A DNA stretch of 64,000 bases, taken from assembly GCA_964016885.1 (NCBI GenBank), contig OZ024740.1:67890001-67954000 (forward strand), in the 5' to 3' direction. Each line of letters starts with the position of its first letter. Position 1 is the stretch's first letter. Source of the stretch: Eledone cirrhosa. Taxonomy: Eukaryota. Under the pieces are notes generated by a model, which was given only the letters and a program-made list of their open reading frames with translations, ran no database searches and had not been told where the DNA came from. A program made the position numbers and the translations under genes. This document shows, piece by piece, positions 38,991-54,786 of this stretch.

Positions 38991-41620
38991 TTGGTAAGTC
39001 AACAATAACTGCTAAATCAATACCACCCAAGGAGGAAGTGCAAGAATTCTGGGAAAAGATCTGGGTCGAAGAAAAAGTTCATAACATACATGCCCCATGG
39101 ATAGACAGACAAATGAAAGATACAGCTCACCTTGATGAACAAACATGGGAAAATATAACAGTTGAACAGTTGCGCTTGGCTCTAAGAAAAACCAGCAAAT
39201 GGAAATCCCCAGGAAAAGACAAAATACAAAACGTTTGGATAAATGCCTTCACAGAGTCTCATGGGCTGTTAGCCCAACTTTACAATGAAATAGTTAAGGA
39301 GCCAGAAAAGATACCTTCATGGCTAGATAACGGCATTACATTCCTGCTTCCGAAGAATGATGAGACAAACAATCCCAAAAATTACAGACCGATAACTTGC
39401 TTGACCACAATGTATAAACTTTTAACATCAGTCCCAACTGAATACACATATGACCACCTGATAACAAATGACCTATTTCCCATTGAGCAGAAAGGCTGTA
39501 GACGAGGCTCATATGGCTGTAAGGATCAGCTTCTGGTTAACAAAATGATACTGGAAGATTGTCATAATAGACACAAAAATCTATCGATTGCTTGGATAGA
39601 TTATAAAAAAGCATTTGATAGTTTGCCACACAGTTGGATTGAAAAATGTTTAGAGATTTTCAAAGTATCTCCCGTTGTCAGGAGGTTTTTGTCATTCAGT
39701 ATGAAGACATGGAAAACGACACTCCTTTTGAATAGTGAAACAAAATCACTGGAAGCTGGAGAAGTTAATATTAAATGTGGAATTTTTCAGGGTGACTCTT
39801 TATCACCGCTTTTATTCTGCATCGCACTTATACCATTAAGTAAAATGCTCAATGAAACAAAACATGGATATAAAGTCTATGACAAAACCATTAATCACCT
39901 GTTCTACATGGATGACCTGAAACTATTTGCAAACAATGATGAACAATTGCAAGGGCTATTATCCACTGTGAAGCAGTTCAGTGATGACATTAAAATGGAG
40001 TTTGGACTAGATAAATGCGCCAAAGCAACGTTCACCAGAGGAATGCTGCTGAAGAGTTCAGACATTAATCTTGATCGGGGGAACGTGATAAGAGAACTTG
40101 ATCAAGAAAAAACTTACAAATATCTAGGTGTTTGTGAAGGAGACGGAATCAAGCACTCGACAATGAGGGAAAGGATAAGGAAGGAATGTTACCGCAGAGT
40201 AAGAGCAATCTTAAGAACGGAATTGAATGCAAGGAATAGGATCGAGGCCATAAACACGCTTGCCATACCAGTAGTAACCTACAGTTACAATGTCATCAAC
40301 TGGTCAAGCACAGAGATCCGTAGGCTCGATACAAAAATTCGAAAATTCATAACCATGCACAGAATGCATCACCCTAAGGCAGATATAGATAGAATATATC
40401 TCCCTAGGAAAGAAGTAGGGCGTGGGTTAATCCAGTTAGACATTGCGTTGAAAACTGCAACAATTGGATAATCTACACATCTAAGGGAATCACATGATTG
40501 GATGATCAAACTCGTTTTGAAACACGAAAGCATCAAAAGATCATATTCCATTACAAAATATGCACAAAGATACAGTAATGGACTACAAATTTCAGAAGTC
40601 CCATTTACTGCTGAAATGGAAAACACAGAAAAAGCAAAGCAGGTAAAAGTAACTGCAAAGAAAGAACTGCTACAGAAACTGGCTAAGAAATGGCAAGAAA
40701 AGTCTCTGTATGGAAAATACCCAGAGCGAGCTAACAATCCTGATGTTGACAAAACTTTAACCCATCAGTGGTTGGCATCCTCTGGACTGAAATCGGAGAC
40801 TAAAGGACTGATTATATCGGCACAAGATCAGTGTCTGCCAACAAAAAATTACCAAGCCAACATAATAAAAAATGGGTGCAGCCCATTATGCCGTGTATGC
40901 AAAAAACAACCAGAGACCATTGACCATATAATTTCAATGTGCAGTCCTATAGCTCCAACCGAATACCTAAACAGGCATGACAGAGCTGCACAATACATAC
41001 ATTGGATAATGTGTAAGCATTTTGACTTGCCCCATCAAAAGAATTGGTGGGAGCATCAACCACCTCCCATGCTTGAAAAAGATCACATCTCAATCTTGTG
41101 GAACTTTAGCATCCAAACAGACCGAAAAATAGATGCAAACAGACCTGATATAATATTGAAAGACTTTCAAAAGAGGGTATGCCTGCTAATTGATATGTCT
41201 GTTCCAATAGACAAGAATGTATCTATAAAAACATTTGAAAAATTGAGCAAGTATAAGGACCTGGAGATAGAAATTGGAAAAATGTGGAAATTGAGAACTA
41301 AAACAATACCAGTGGTTGTAGGCGCTCTGGGAATGATACCTAAGGGGTCTAATGATTACATATCGCAAATCCCAGGAAACAGCGTATAGGAGAAATACAA
41401 ATGATAGTATTAATGGGAACTGCCCATATACTAAGGAAGATTCTGTCAATATAAGTACATCACAAGTCTAAACACTAAAGATGCATGTGTGAATATGTAT
41501 GTTCTTTCTTGAACATGGCGGACCTTGTTGTCTCTTGAGGTCACTGGTTGTGACTTGGTGATAACTCGTATGAACATAAAGCAAGATAAATGCAACTGTA
41601 ATGATAATAATAATAATAAT
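38986..41620 (+). mobile_element. 5'-truncated R4/Dong-clade non-LTR retrotransposon (RT + CCHC + REL endonuclease)
   Basis: GIFQGDSLSP, LFYMDDLK, CRVC..ETIDHIISMC, RPDIIL..IDMSVP..EKLSKY. Premature stops at 40469 and 41387. Preceded by (TAA)n and ends in (TAA)n. Confidence 0.92.
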
Positions 41621-44600
41621 CCAATCCTCGATATGAGTGTTTAAATGTCGAACCAAAACAGTTCGAATAACGTTGAAGTGGAGACTGGAATATCATGTGA
41701 CAGACTCTCACCCAGCAGGTGCTCCCTGGCCAAGCAGCAGGGACCTAGCTGTCATCCAAATACTGCTGGTGTTGGAGGAAGAAGAATAAGAAAAGGGACC
41801 AGAACCAACTGGACGAAATAATTGAATAAAACTGTTATGCAATGTTACCTGAAGAGTAACCCCAAGGAAAAAGGCTATAGGAAACGGATGCATAACATCT
41901 GGAACGAGATTGGTCTATTTAAATTAGATGAACAAAAATTGGCCGGGCAGGCTCGGGTAATAAGAACTAATGGGTGTTTAGCAGAAAAGTATTTAGAAGT
42001 TGGTAAGGTTGCCACGAGGAACCAGGTTTGGTAGAAAGATATGATAGGAATATCGACAACGACTTTAGCTTGTTTTTACATAATTTATTAACAAAGGTTA
42101 AGAAGTGAATTAAGCTGGCCTGCCAAGAGAAATGAAATAATTCAATTAAGATTAGAAGAGAAAATACGGTCGACTGGCTGAGGCGTTTGACCAGGCCCGT
42201 AGGAATGTTTTGTTGTTACATATTGTTTGTGCTTACTGAGCAAAAGAACAAGTGGTGTTTACCTTAGCATGATCAAGCTGCGAGTCTGAGTTTCCTCAAA
42301 TCTTCGCGGGCTTTTTCTCCCTCAGAACGCGTAGGGATATATCCTCTTCACCTGGCGCTGATTGACTGAGCTGAGCCAAATCACGCACAGAGAATGTATG
42401 TGAGCCCGCGGAATGTAGGTAACTACATCACCTCCGAGCAGATTTTTAGCCGAAAATCGTTAACGATGAAGCCAAGGACCCACAGGGTACAGTTTACAAC
42501 GCCCCTTCTAGACGGAAGTCGATACAGATTATTGAATCAGCAAGAACAAATGCTGAAAGAGCACATCAGCGAAAAAATAATTGAGCAGAAAGTTGCATGA
42601 AAGAAAAAAAATGAGGCGCTACGGGCCGTGTTGAGCCGCTGTCAAATGACTAGCTGTTTTGTAGTTTATACGTGACCACCAAAGGTCTAACAGAAAACAG
42701 ATAAAGTCTGACATGGGCGAAGTTGCTTTTCTTGCTTTACATGTTAATGGTAAGTGTTGTACCAGTAGCTGTGGGCGAAGCTATTATGGCAGTTTACCAG
42801 TGCTGGCAAGAAGATGATGGGTAGACGAGAAAATGCTGGCCTCCCAGATGTATTGCTGAATGTGCTAGGGAGCCAGGAAAAAAATGGCTGGTTGCTTTGA
42901 AAAGAAAAAAAGCAAGTTGAATCTGTAGGTGGGTTGCAGTCCCACAATTAGGGCGAATCCACAGAAGTGGTGGGAATGCTGACAAGTCCAGTTCTATTTG
43001 TTGTTTTCCCGGTGAGTTGGGTAAGATAACAAGATAGAGGTTGTTATGGACGATGAATGTGCAACGAGATGCGAAACTGTTTGAGTTCAGCTGCAATTAG
43101 CATTCTCGTGTTGCGGTGCAGGTGAATTAAGCTGCAAGTGTCGATAGCATGTGTTGGTACCTCCAGAAGGTGAAAAGGGATCTCGCAGAATATTATGACG
43201 CTTGAAGATCACACACCATAGACAACAACATGTTGGTGTGTGTATATATGCAGGCATGTAATACAGCAAAGACAATGTGTGCGTGCGGTCACATATACAA
43301 TGATAGAGAGTAATGAATGTTCATATAATACAGTTTTAAAAAAATAAATGTCCAAAATAAATGCCTGGAAAACAATGGAAGAAAGAAAGAATTGTTTCTT
43401 TTCTTTTAACAAAAAGTTCGCTTCTTTTTTCTTTGGGAACGCTCTTACTAGGGAGCTAGTAGAGTTGTTGTTGTTGTTAAAGCAAAGTCACAATGAATCT
43501 TCTGTAGAGTCGAAGTCTAGCGTTGAAGAACCTAGAGTCACCAATATGGCAGCCACGTCTGACGCCATAATGATGAGAAAACTAATGTCTTAATTTCTCG
43601 AGTCCTTGCGGAAACGAGACAGGAGGTATGGTGGTTGCGTCGGTAAAGTTACAAGCCGTTCCCTGGTGTTGGTTAATAGTTAGCCATGTGTTGCTGCTGA
43701 TGGCTGGTACTTGGTGGTAGCCGTTTTGAAATTTCCTCGTGGCGTAAAGTTTTTGAAATACTGCTAATTTTTTTCATAAAAATATTCTAAAGAAAATTTG
43801 AATAATAAAAAAAATTATTTTCTATGAAAATTATTCGGCAAGGAAATTCCAAGATGGCTGATCGAAAAATGTGTCCGTGATGAAGAAGCCGTCCTGTGGC
43901 ACAATGCAGCCAATCAGATGGCTAGGATTGAAGAAGACAAGCTGTAAGCGGGAAAACAAAATTTTTGAGTCTCCATTTGTAATTGTAACAGAAGGTTGAA
44001 AGCAAAATTCTATATCCAGAGAAATAAATTTTTTTTTTTGTTTTTGTTTTTAACAAACTATGCTTGCAAGGCAAGTTGTTCTTAGTTGGTGGGCACTGTA
44101 CTCATTTTATCAACTAATTGAAATATATCAAACCACCTCAACCGGATAGAAGACATCGCATAATTTTCAATCCAAAACAGAAATTTTTTGTTAGTCCTCG
44201 AAAAAACTCTTTCTTTTGTGTTGTATTTTTGTGTTCGTCTGTATGCGTGAGTCACTAGTGTTACCATGAAAGTTATGACAGAAATATTGTGCAGGCCGCG
44301 TGCTTCAACAAATGGAATATTATGAATTTTATGGACTTACGCTACCCGATTCGAACATTCCAAATGTTAAGCCACTCCACATTGCCGTTAAGACGAATGG
44401 CGAATACAAATAGGCTGCGTTTTCATAATTAATCGTCCAAGGTCACCAATTTAGCTGAGAGTTATGCTTAGAAGTTGGTAAGGTTGCCACGAGGAACCAG
44501 GTTTGGTAGAAAGATATGATAGGAATATCGACAACGACTTTAGCTTTTACATAATTTATTAACAAAGGTTAAGAAGTGAATTAAGCTGGCCTGCCAAGAG

Positions 44601-47600
44601 AAATGAAATAATTCAATTAAGATTACAAGAGAAAATACGGTCGACTGGCTGAGGCGTTTGGCCAGGCCCGTAGGAATGTTGTGTTGTTACATATTGTTTG
44701 TGCTTACGGAGCAAAAGAACAAGTGGCGTTTACCTTAGCATGGTCAAGCTGCGAGTCTGAGATTCCTCAAATCTTCGCGGGCTATTTCTCCCTCAGAACG
44801 CGTAGGGATATATCCTCTTCTCCTGGCGCTGTTTGGCTGAGCTGAGCCAAATCACGCACAGAGAATGTATGTGAGCCCGCGGAATGTAGGTCACTACAGG
44901 TGCATAAGCGAGCTGGAACTGGAGGAACTGAGCAGAGAGATTAGCTTGGAAATGGAGAGTGGAGTATGTCAGGCAAACGAGCCAGTGGGAAATGAAGGTG
45001 AAGAGATCGAGAGAACGGAGGAACCATCCGAAGCAGACAATGATCTGAATGCTGAAATAAATAATACCTGGAACAGAGGTACCGCCACTGAGGAGATGAA
45101 TGCTGACGGGCTAGGACAAGATTTGTTTGATATCTTAAACTTAGTGGTAGATGAATTGAACAATGGTAGTGGGAAACCTATGAACCTAATATTTGTAGAC
45201 AGGAAAAAGTTAAAAGAAACAACAGCTAAGGTAAACAAAGTCATCCCATACCTTGAGGCGAGGAGCCTTCACCAGTGCAACAATATCCTCAAAGCAACAG
45301 AAAATACGGTGAAAAAGAAAGATCAGAGCCTTGGTGGAAGAAACGACTGAGTGGTCAAATAGGGGAAATGAGAAATGACATTGGAAAGCTTGAGTCCCTA
45401 CTGAATGGGACACTAAAAAACATAGACACTAAAAATAGATTGGAAATAAAGTGCAAAACTAGGAGGAAAAAGCTAAATATTATCATAGAGGAACTGAAGC
45501 AACGCATTGTAGCAAATAGTGCAACAATCAGGCGATACGAGAACAGAGTCAGTCAGTATAGACAGAACCGTATGTTTGACAACAACCAGAAGATGCTGTT
45601 TGGACAGCTTGAAGGGAAAGAAAGAGGCAACGACTTGATCCCTGAGGCGGAACACAATAAAACATTCTGGAGAGGAATATGGGAGCAGGATGTTAAACAT
45701 AATTACCAGGCCGTGTGGATTGAGACAGTACACAAGGAGATTAGTGAACAGGTACACCAACAAACCGATTTGAGTATCACAGTTGAAACTCTTAAGGGGC
45801 AGGCCAAAATTCTAACCAACTGGAAATCACCAGGCCCAGATGGTGTGCAGGGGTATTGGATACAAAATATAACATCCTTCCACCGAAACTGACAACCATG
45901 TTCAATGACTGCTTGATCTCAGGTGAGGTACAAGAGTGGTTGACAAAAGGGACCACAGTTCTGATAATGAAAGACCGAACCAAGGGTAATGATGTTACCA
46001 TCTATAGACCTATCACATGTCTGTCGGTAATGTGGAAACTGTTGACAAGCATTATGTCTGAGGAAATCTACCATCACCTCCACACAAACAACTTGTTACC
46101 GGACGAACAGAAAGGATGCCGAAAGAAGTCCCGTGGTACAAAGGACCAGTTACTTATTGATAAGATGGTAATGAGGAATTGCAAGAGGAGACACACTGGT
46201 CTTGCCATGGGATGGATAGGCTACAAAAAGGTATTTGACATGGTGCCTCATTTTTGGATCACCAAAAGCCTAGAGATCTTCAAGGTCGAGATAACATCAG
46301 ACAGTTGTTGGGCAAACATATGAAGTCCTGGGAAACAGAGTTAACATCAGCTGGAGAATCCTTGGGAAGCGTGAAAATCAAGAGAGGTATCTTCCAAGGC
46401 GATAGTCTGTCCCCTCTGTTGTTTGTCCTTGCTCTGATGCCCCTGACCAGTGTACTGCGAAAAGTGAGAGCAGGATACAGGTTGGGAAAGGGAGGGCTTA
46501 GCATCAATCACCTCCTCTTCATGGACGATCTTAAGCTCTTCGGAAAGAGTGAGAAGGTGTTGGATGTGCTTGTTGACACTGTCCGTATTTTCAGCAATGA
46601 TATATGTATGCAATTTGGTATTAGTAAGTGTGGAGTCCTTGTGATGAAGAGGGGTAAATTGAGCAGAAGTAACGGAATCCAGGTACCAACAGGTGAGATG
46701 ATAAAGGAAATTGACACTGAAGAAGGATACAAGTATGTGGGTGTTCTGGAGGCTGATGACATCAAGAACAAAAGAATGAAGGAATTGATAAGAACTGAAT
46801 ACATTCGGAGAGTAAGGAGCGCATTAAAGTCACATCTGAACAGTAGGAATGCCATAATTGCAGTAAATTCCCGAGCTGTGTGTATTATTAGGTAGAGTGC
46901 GGGAATTATGAGATGGAATGTTGCTGAACAAAAAGAAATGAATAGGAAGAATAGGAAGATATTGACTATCTACAACATGTTCCACAAGAGGAGTGATGTC
47001 GATAGACTCTACTTAAGGAGATCTGAGGGTGGAAGAGGTCTTATCAGCATAGAGGACTGTTTTAAGATGGATAAAAACAACCTACACAAATACGTGACTG
47101 ATAGTAAGGAACCAATGCTCAGAACTGTACTGAAGGAGAGCACAATAGACCAGGGGATGTCCAATGAGGAAATAACAACAAGGAGAAAGAGCAGCAGCCT
47201 TCAGAAAAATCCCTTCATAGTACCTTCTTTGAGAAAACTAAATTCAGAGATCCACAGGCATAGAACTGGTTGAAAAGAGGAGACCTTAAACAAGCTACAG
47301 AAGGAATGCTAATGGCTGCGCAAGAGCAGGCCCTCAAAACGAAGTGGTTGAAACACTATATTTACAAGGAGGAGGCTAGCCCACTGTGCATGATCTGTGG
47401 AGAGAGAGAGAGGAGACTGTGGCTCACATTGTATCCGAGTGTAAACTCCTAGCCCAGACTCACTATAAGGTCTGGAGACATGATGTGATGGGCAGAGTGA
47501 TCCACTGGCACCTATGCAAAGTAAACAATTTACCACATTCTGAGAAGTGGTATGAGCATAAGCCAGAGTCGGTGATAGAAAACGATCAGGTGAAGGTGCT

Positions 47601-48090
47601 GTGGAATTTTAGGATACATACGGACATGAAACTGGAACACAATAGACCTGACCTGGTGGTTGTGGACAAAGAAAAAAGATAGTGCCTGATGGTGGATGTG
47701 GCCTGCCCATTCGACACGAGAGTGCAAGAGAAGGAGAGGGAGAAAATTAACCGATACCAGGACTTAAAGTGGGAGGTAAAAAGGATTTGGAACTGCCATG
47801 AAGTCAAAGTGGTCCCGATTGTCATAGGCGCACTAGGTACTATCTCAAAAAGTTTCCAGGGATGGTTAAAGAAAATTGGCCCCTTCACGCTTTTTGGAAC
47901 GCTTCAAAAGGCCTGCTTGCTGGGTACAGCAAGAACCCTCCGATACGTCCTGAATATCTGAGGCTACAGGTAGTGGCTTGATATTCATTCCAACAAACTT
48001 TCCAGTTAATTAACATCAATGACTGAGACTCAAAGAATAATAATAATAATAATAATAATATCAATAATAATGATAATCATAATAACAATA
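41621..48090 (+). mobile_element. Apparently full-length, decayed R4/Dong-clade element of a second family, interrupted by an LTR element
   Basis: N-terminal VMQCYLKSNP..GYRKRM..EQKLAGQAR, LLFMDDLK, NRPDLVVVD..VDVACP..KINRY. Many frameshifts. (TAA)n tail at 48036-48090. Confidence 0.92.
41977..44898 (-). mobile_element. Non-autonomous Gypsy-type LTR retrotransposon
   Basis: ~450-bp LTRs (41977-42427 and 44450-44898), 4-bp TSD GGTG, minus-strand PBS TGGTGACC..GACG next to the 5' LTR, purine-rich GGAGGTGA before the 3' LTR, no long internal ORF. Confidence 0.9.
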
Positions 48091-51000
48091 AGTATTTCAT
48101 TTATTAGCCACAAGGGCCGACATGTAGGGGACAATACAAAGACAGGGACAGTGGGGGTTTTCAATAAGGTTGAGTAAAATTTCACAATGGCAATGCTAAT
48201 TTAACAATGAAGATATAAAAATATAAAATAAACTATGCATAAATATGACAAAATAAATTGCCCGATAGGGGGTGGACGACGCTGGGGTGACTCGGGTACC
48301 CCACCAATCCTGAACTACCCTGCACTTCTAGGGCACCCAGGGAGTGCATCCCTCTCCTCAAGTTAGCTAGCCTATAGGCGCATGGTCAGAGTAGGCCCAT
48401 TCACACGAGCCATTCTCGCCACATTCACCAACCTTTTAGCAAATGTACTGGGGGCAGCACTTCTCTCTCCACCCTCACCTTCCTTTCCAGGTGAAACTTA
48501 AAGAAGTTTATGAGGGATTGGCCGAAGAGAAAAGTGTCTGTCCACCATATAACCTCTTTCGCAACAGCCACCAGACAGAGGAAAATTTCCTGCTCTAAGG
48601 AAGGCGGTGGGTCGATCTTCACTATGGACTCGGCAGATAGCCGCATCTGTTCCTCACGCGACAGTAGCTGTTCGACATAACTTCACAAGTCAGTAATGCA
48701 CGGACATTGGACAAGTGCGTGCAGAACGGTTTCGTCGTCCTGTGCGCATCTTGGGCAGGTTCGTCTGACAGCACTTCCGTGCCTGTAGAGTTTAACCCGA
48801 ACCGGCAGAGTCCCCTGGTAGCACTGCCAAGCTAGGGATTTGTGGAAATTGTCCATCGTCCTCGGCTACAAAGTCCTCCGGTACAGACTGGTCAGTTCGA
48901 CTTCGTCGAGCCCCAAAGCTTCTCCGAGTGCGTCATCGCATTTTCCCACCACTAATCCTCTATAGAACTCGAGAGTGGAAGTTTCACTGATCGCATTGAC
49001 CGCTTGGTAGAGGGCCGTGAGTGCCTGGCAACATTCCAGTTTCCAGTCACCCATTCTCGGTTTATTCTTGACCCAGGACTGCAGCTCAGTCAAAGAAATT
49101 AGCTGTGGAAAGGCCCGTCTGATAAACGGCGACCACACCTGTTCATCGTTGAGGCAGAATATCTGGAGATGTCGCAGCCTCAACGCATGTCTGCGTATCA
49201 TTAGCCACGGCATGCCCAGCCCTCCGCGTCGAGGGTGCTGGCAGCAGATGGACCGCCTCACCACCGGAACTTGTCCCCTCCACAAGAATTTGAAGAGGAG
49301 CCGTTCCAAATTGACGAGGCGCAGACGGGGGCAACGCACAACGGTCAGGCGGTAGTAGATGACGGACGCGATGTACCCATTCGCCACCTCCGCGCGACCT
49401 TTCAGTGATAGCTTCCTCCCAGCCCATTTTTGGGTGAGACTGGCTATCTGCTCGTTACCTCGTCCCAATTCTTTTCCACCTGGAGGTCTGGTCCAAACCA
49501 AACTCCGAGCAACTTTAACTGCGGTCCGCCCAGCGCCCCACAACGCTGTTCGACGGCATGGGCTTGCCTCTCGAGGTTCCGAGCTGCAAAACCACCGACT
49601 TTTCCGGGTTAAGTTTGGCTTCTGTCAACCTTTCATATTCCTTCTGAGGCGTTCGACACTATCACGGTGATGTTGTCCGCATAAGCCGACACCGCCTTTC
49701 CACGTCCGGTTCGAGCGGGATGCCCTGCAACAGCTCCAGCTTCCACAGTAAAGGATCGAGAGTCAACGTACAGAAGGAAAGAGAGAGAGCACCCTTGACG
49801 GCCCGATCGGGAGAGCCGAAATGGTTCCGAGAGGTGGCCATTAACCTTGACCACCGAACGTTTGCCGCTGAAGAGAGGGCCGAAGCCAGCTGCTCTGAGG
49901 ACAAACTCCAGATACCGATGGTCGACCCTATCGAATGCTTTCGATTGATCTAAATTGAACAGTGCCACACCGAAGCCAGGTTTACACACTAATCTCTCAT
50001 TGATGTATCGCATGAGGTGGAGATTGTCGTGTATTGACCTGGCTGGGATTGCGAAAGTTTGCGCCTCCCCAACCAAATCCTCGATGACAAGCGCCAATCT
50101 CTTTGCTAACACCTTGACAAAAATCTTAAACTCTGTGTTGAGCAGAGTTATGGGCCTGAAGTTGTCTAATGTATCCCTTTTGTTCTCGTCTTTCCTTATC
50201 AGCGTCACAACTCCCCTGCTCACAGAACTGGGAATACTCCCATTCTGCTGCCAGTTGCAGTAGAGTGCTTCGAGGAGATCGGAGAACAAGTCTGGCATAT
50301 TTACGTAAAGCTCGTAGAGCAGGCCATCCAAACCGAGTGACTTGCGCTTCATGCAGCCGACAAGGGCGTCCTGAATTTCGGCTGAACTAATCGGCATATC
50401 GCAGCGCTCAGCGTCGACCGTCGAGATGCGCGGCAAACCGTCAAGGTAGGGACTGAAATCCGCTACTCTCTCTGACTCGCCAATCTCCCCGAACAACCGA
50501 GCAAAGTGCTGGCGACAGGCCTCACACATCCGCTTGGAATCGCTTATCTCATGTCCGTCTAGGTTCGATAAGACCAAATTGTGGTTTTATTACCACGCAG
50601 TGCCTCCGCCACACGGGCCCATCGAACAGCTTTGGTTCCCTCGTTTCTCAGCGCACGCGCCTTAGCTCTGACAATGCAACCTTCGTGTTTCGCATTGAAG
50701 AAATGGTCTAATGCCATTCTCGCTGCTAGCACGTCAGTTGCAATGACACTACAAATAGCCTCGTCTAACTTATCTACCAGCTCCCCCTCCTTTCTATTTT
50801 TCTCTAACGTTAGTCCTTTGCTGAACTCTATCGAAGTTACTCTAATCTCTCTTTTGAGAGCCCCCCCCCCCCACCATCTGTTATTGATGATCCCCCCTGT
50901 CAACCTTTGCTTAACTAAATTGTTGAGTCGGTCCCTGTAATCCTTACGTGCCGGAAATGACATGTTGAGCTTCCAGTAACCAGGTCCTAACCTACGCGTT

Positions 51001-51750
51001 CTATCTAGGTCGACTGTACAGATCACCAATTTGTGATCTGAATAGGCGACCGTTTTAAAAAGTGGGCAGCGCACACTATTTCTATCTATTTTCCTAATGA
51101 AGATCCTGTCTATATACGATCTAGATGACCCCATTCGGTTGGTCCATGTCCATACTGGCACATTGGGGAAATCTAGTCGACACCTGTCAGACAGGTGAGT
51201 AGGTGCTTCAGGCTTTTGCACCCCACGCTCCTATCGGCTACTCCCACACAATCCCAGCGTGCGTCTAAGATGCCATTCCAGTCCCCCGCTAACAGTAAAG
51301 GGCGAGACGTACCCAGAAAGGTCTCCAGGCGCCTAAAGTAGTCCGGTCGTCCGGCCCCTGCAGGGGCGTAGACGGCCAGCAGTGTAATTTCACCACCTTC
51401 GCTATTGCTCACATCCAAGACTACCAACTTACCGTCCGTTTCCCAGAAGATCGACGTTACCTCGAGATCCAGTCCTTTCCTAAGCAGCACTGCCACCCCT
51501 CCCCATTCCCGGCCTGCTAACAGATGCGAAGATCTGATAGTCGTCGAAAATGGGGACTAATGTACGCGTGTCGGAAATTCTGTCTCCCTGACAGCAATCA
51601 CATCCATTTCCAGCGACCTGAGGTTGTTGAGCAGGCGACCTTGCTTCCAGGTTGACCGCAGGCCACAAACATTTAAACTTCCTACTCTTAATATGGCCAT
51701 GTTGGTAAGCCAAGAGAGAGAGGGGAGGTTTACTTACATCCCGGGGTCTT
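48091..51750 (-). mobile_element. Second Tx1/L1-clade LINE (different subfamily), truncated at the end of ORF1
   Basis: ORF2 starts at 51700 (MAILRVGSLNVCGL). APE, RT and zinc-finger motifs with many frameshifts. TAA-rich tracts on both flanks. Confidence 0.92.
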
Positions 51751-51814
51751 GTAATAACAATAATAATAATAATACTGATACTGCTATTGCTACTATTAAT
51801 ACTACTACTAATGT

Positions 51815-52025
51815 TAGTTGTTTCTTCTATAGGCACAAGGCCAACAATTTGAAAGGGAGGAGAAAGTCGATTAAATCGAAACCAGTGTGTTACTGGTACT
51901 CTTTTTTGTCGACTCGTAAAAATGAAAGATACGCTTTAATTTTGAACTTAGAACATAAAGGGCCGTAACTATATGCCATGAAGCATATTGTCCGACGCAC
52001 TACCGACCCTACCAGTCAACCAGCT
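51815..52025 (-). mobile_element. Diverged SINE
   Basis: GGCACAAGGCCAACAATT...TACTGGTACT...GTCGAC on the plus strand. Confidence 0.8.
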
Positions 52026-52348
52026 AAATAATAATAATAGTAATACGAACACCACCACAACTACTACGACTACATTTAAAGGTGACTCTCTTGTTCGTGT
52101 TGCTGAATAAATGTTGGCTTTCACACTGGAGAAAAAAGAACAATGGCTGACATGAGAGGAGACCTAGAAAAATAAATCAGTCATAAGTACTATTTTCATG
52201 AAGATATAATCCAACTCCTTTCCTTTGAAAACCTATTTAAATTTGTAAAACAAAAAATAAAAAATAAATAAAACCTCACGGGTGGTGAAGAAGAATATTC
52301 TTAGACGTGAGGCTGCAGCAGTAAATACCTCGCATATACCTATCTATC

Positions 52349-53650
<1,302 letters not shown>

Positions 53651-53678
53651 TCATTGGTTCAGTGGAAACAAGAAAATG

Positions 53679-53778
53679 TAATATAGAAATGGCTTCTACT
53701 GGACTAGAACTGTTTCATTCGTATAAAATCATTAACGATGAAACAGTCGTGGTCCTGAAGAAGGCATTTCTCTATTAA
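53679..53778. repeat. Decayed HHR-derived palindrome (relative of 11819-11949)
   Basis: GAAATGGCTTCTACTGGACTAGAACTGTTTCAT...ATGAAACAGT...GCATTTC. Confidence 0.65.
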
Positions 53779-53785
53779 AGTGTTT

Positions 53786-53829
<44 letters not shown>

Positions 53830-54249
53830 CTTTCGGAATTTATTGTATATTTATATTGTCTTACGTTATTTGCTTTAACTTTCTATTCTTGAAAAATGTG
53901 TGATGTCGCTTCTTTCAGTCAAATACCATGACTTACAATCACGGTACCTAATGATTTTACGTTTATTTAAAATGGTCTCTTCATGTAGACGTATCGGATT
54001 GTTATATTTGTTTGTATTTTTTTTTCTTGGTAGTTGTTTTGTGTGTGATTGTATCGTTATGAATAATGAGTAAGAGATTGGAAACAGTTTAACATCTGTA
54101 ATGATTATGAAAATGTTTATATATGGCGAAATGAAAATAAAAGGGTAAATAACAAAAAAGAAAACAAAATTCAAAATGTCGGAATAAGTCTTATTAATTC
54201 TTCAGTCAAATATGTGTCTGAGGCTCATATATATATATATTTAAATGCA

Positions 54250-54522
54250 GAGGTTAATTTGTTGGGATTCAACAAGTATAAACATTTTTATATCTGATAT
54301 AAAGCACTCAACAAATTAGTGGAGTAAATACACAATATATTAACAAATGGAAACTATATTTATAAAACCATATTTATTTTATTATACATATTATACAAAT
54401 TATGGTGCGGTTTCATCAGATGAAATACAGATTTGTTTTATAAATAAATAATGACATACCCTTGAAATATGTATAAAAAAATAAATATGGTTTTATAAAT
54501 ATAGTTTCCATTTATTAATATA
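54250..54522. mobile_element. Head-to-head foldback of the pLTR family seen at 3560 and 11252
   Basis: Minus arm followed by a plus arm (CTTGAAATATGTATAA...CCATTTATTAATATA), between TA tracts. Confidence 0.75.
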
Positions 54523-54705
<183 letters not shown>

Positions 54706-54736
54706 AAGACAGACAGAACAATATGATATATATATA

Positions 54737-54778
<42 letters not shown>

Positions 54779-54786
<8 letters not shown>

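Noticed and set aside
41703-41760. Hairpin near the Dong 5' end as an HDV-like ribozyme
   Set aside because: Only a simple stem-loop (CAGC-AGGT..TCCCTG/CAGGGA-CCT-AGCTG) is visible; I could not build the nested double pseudoknot.
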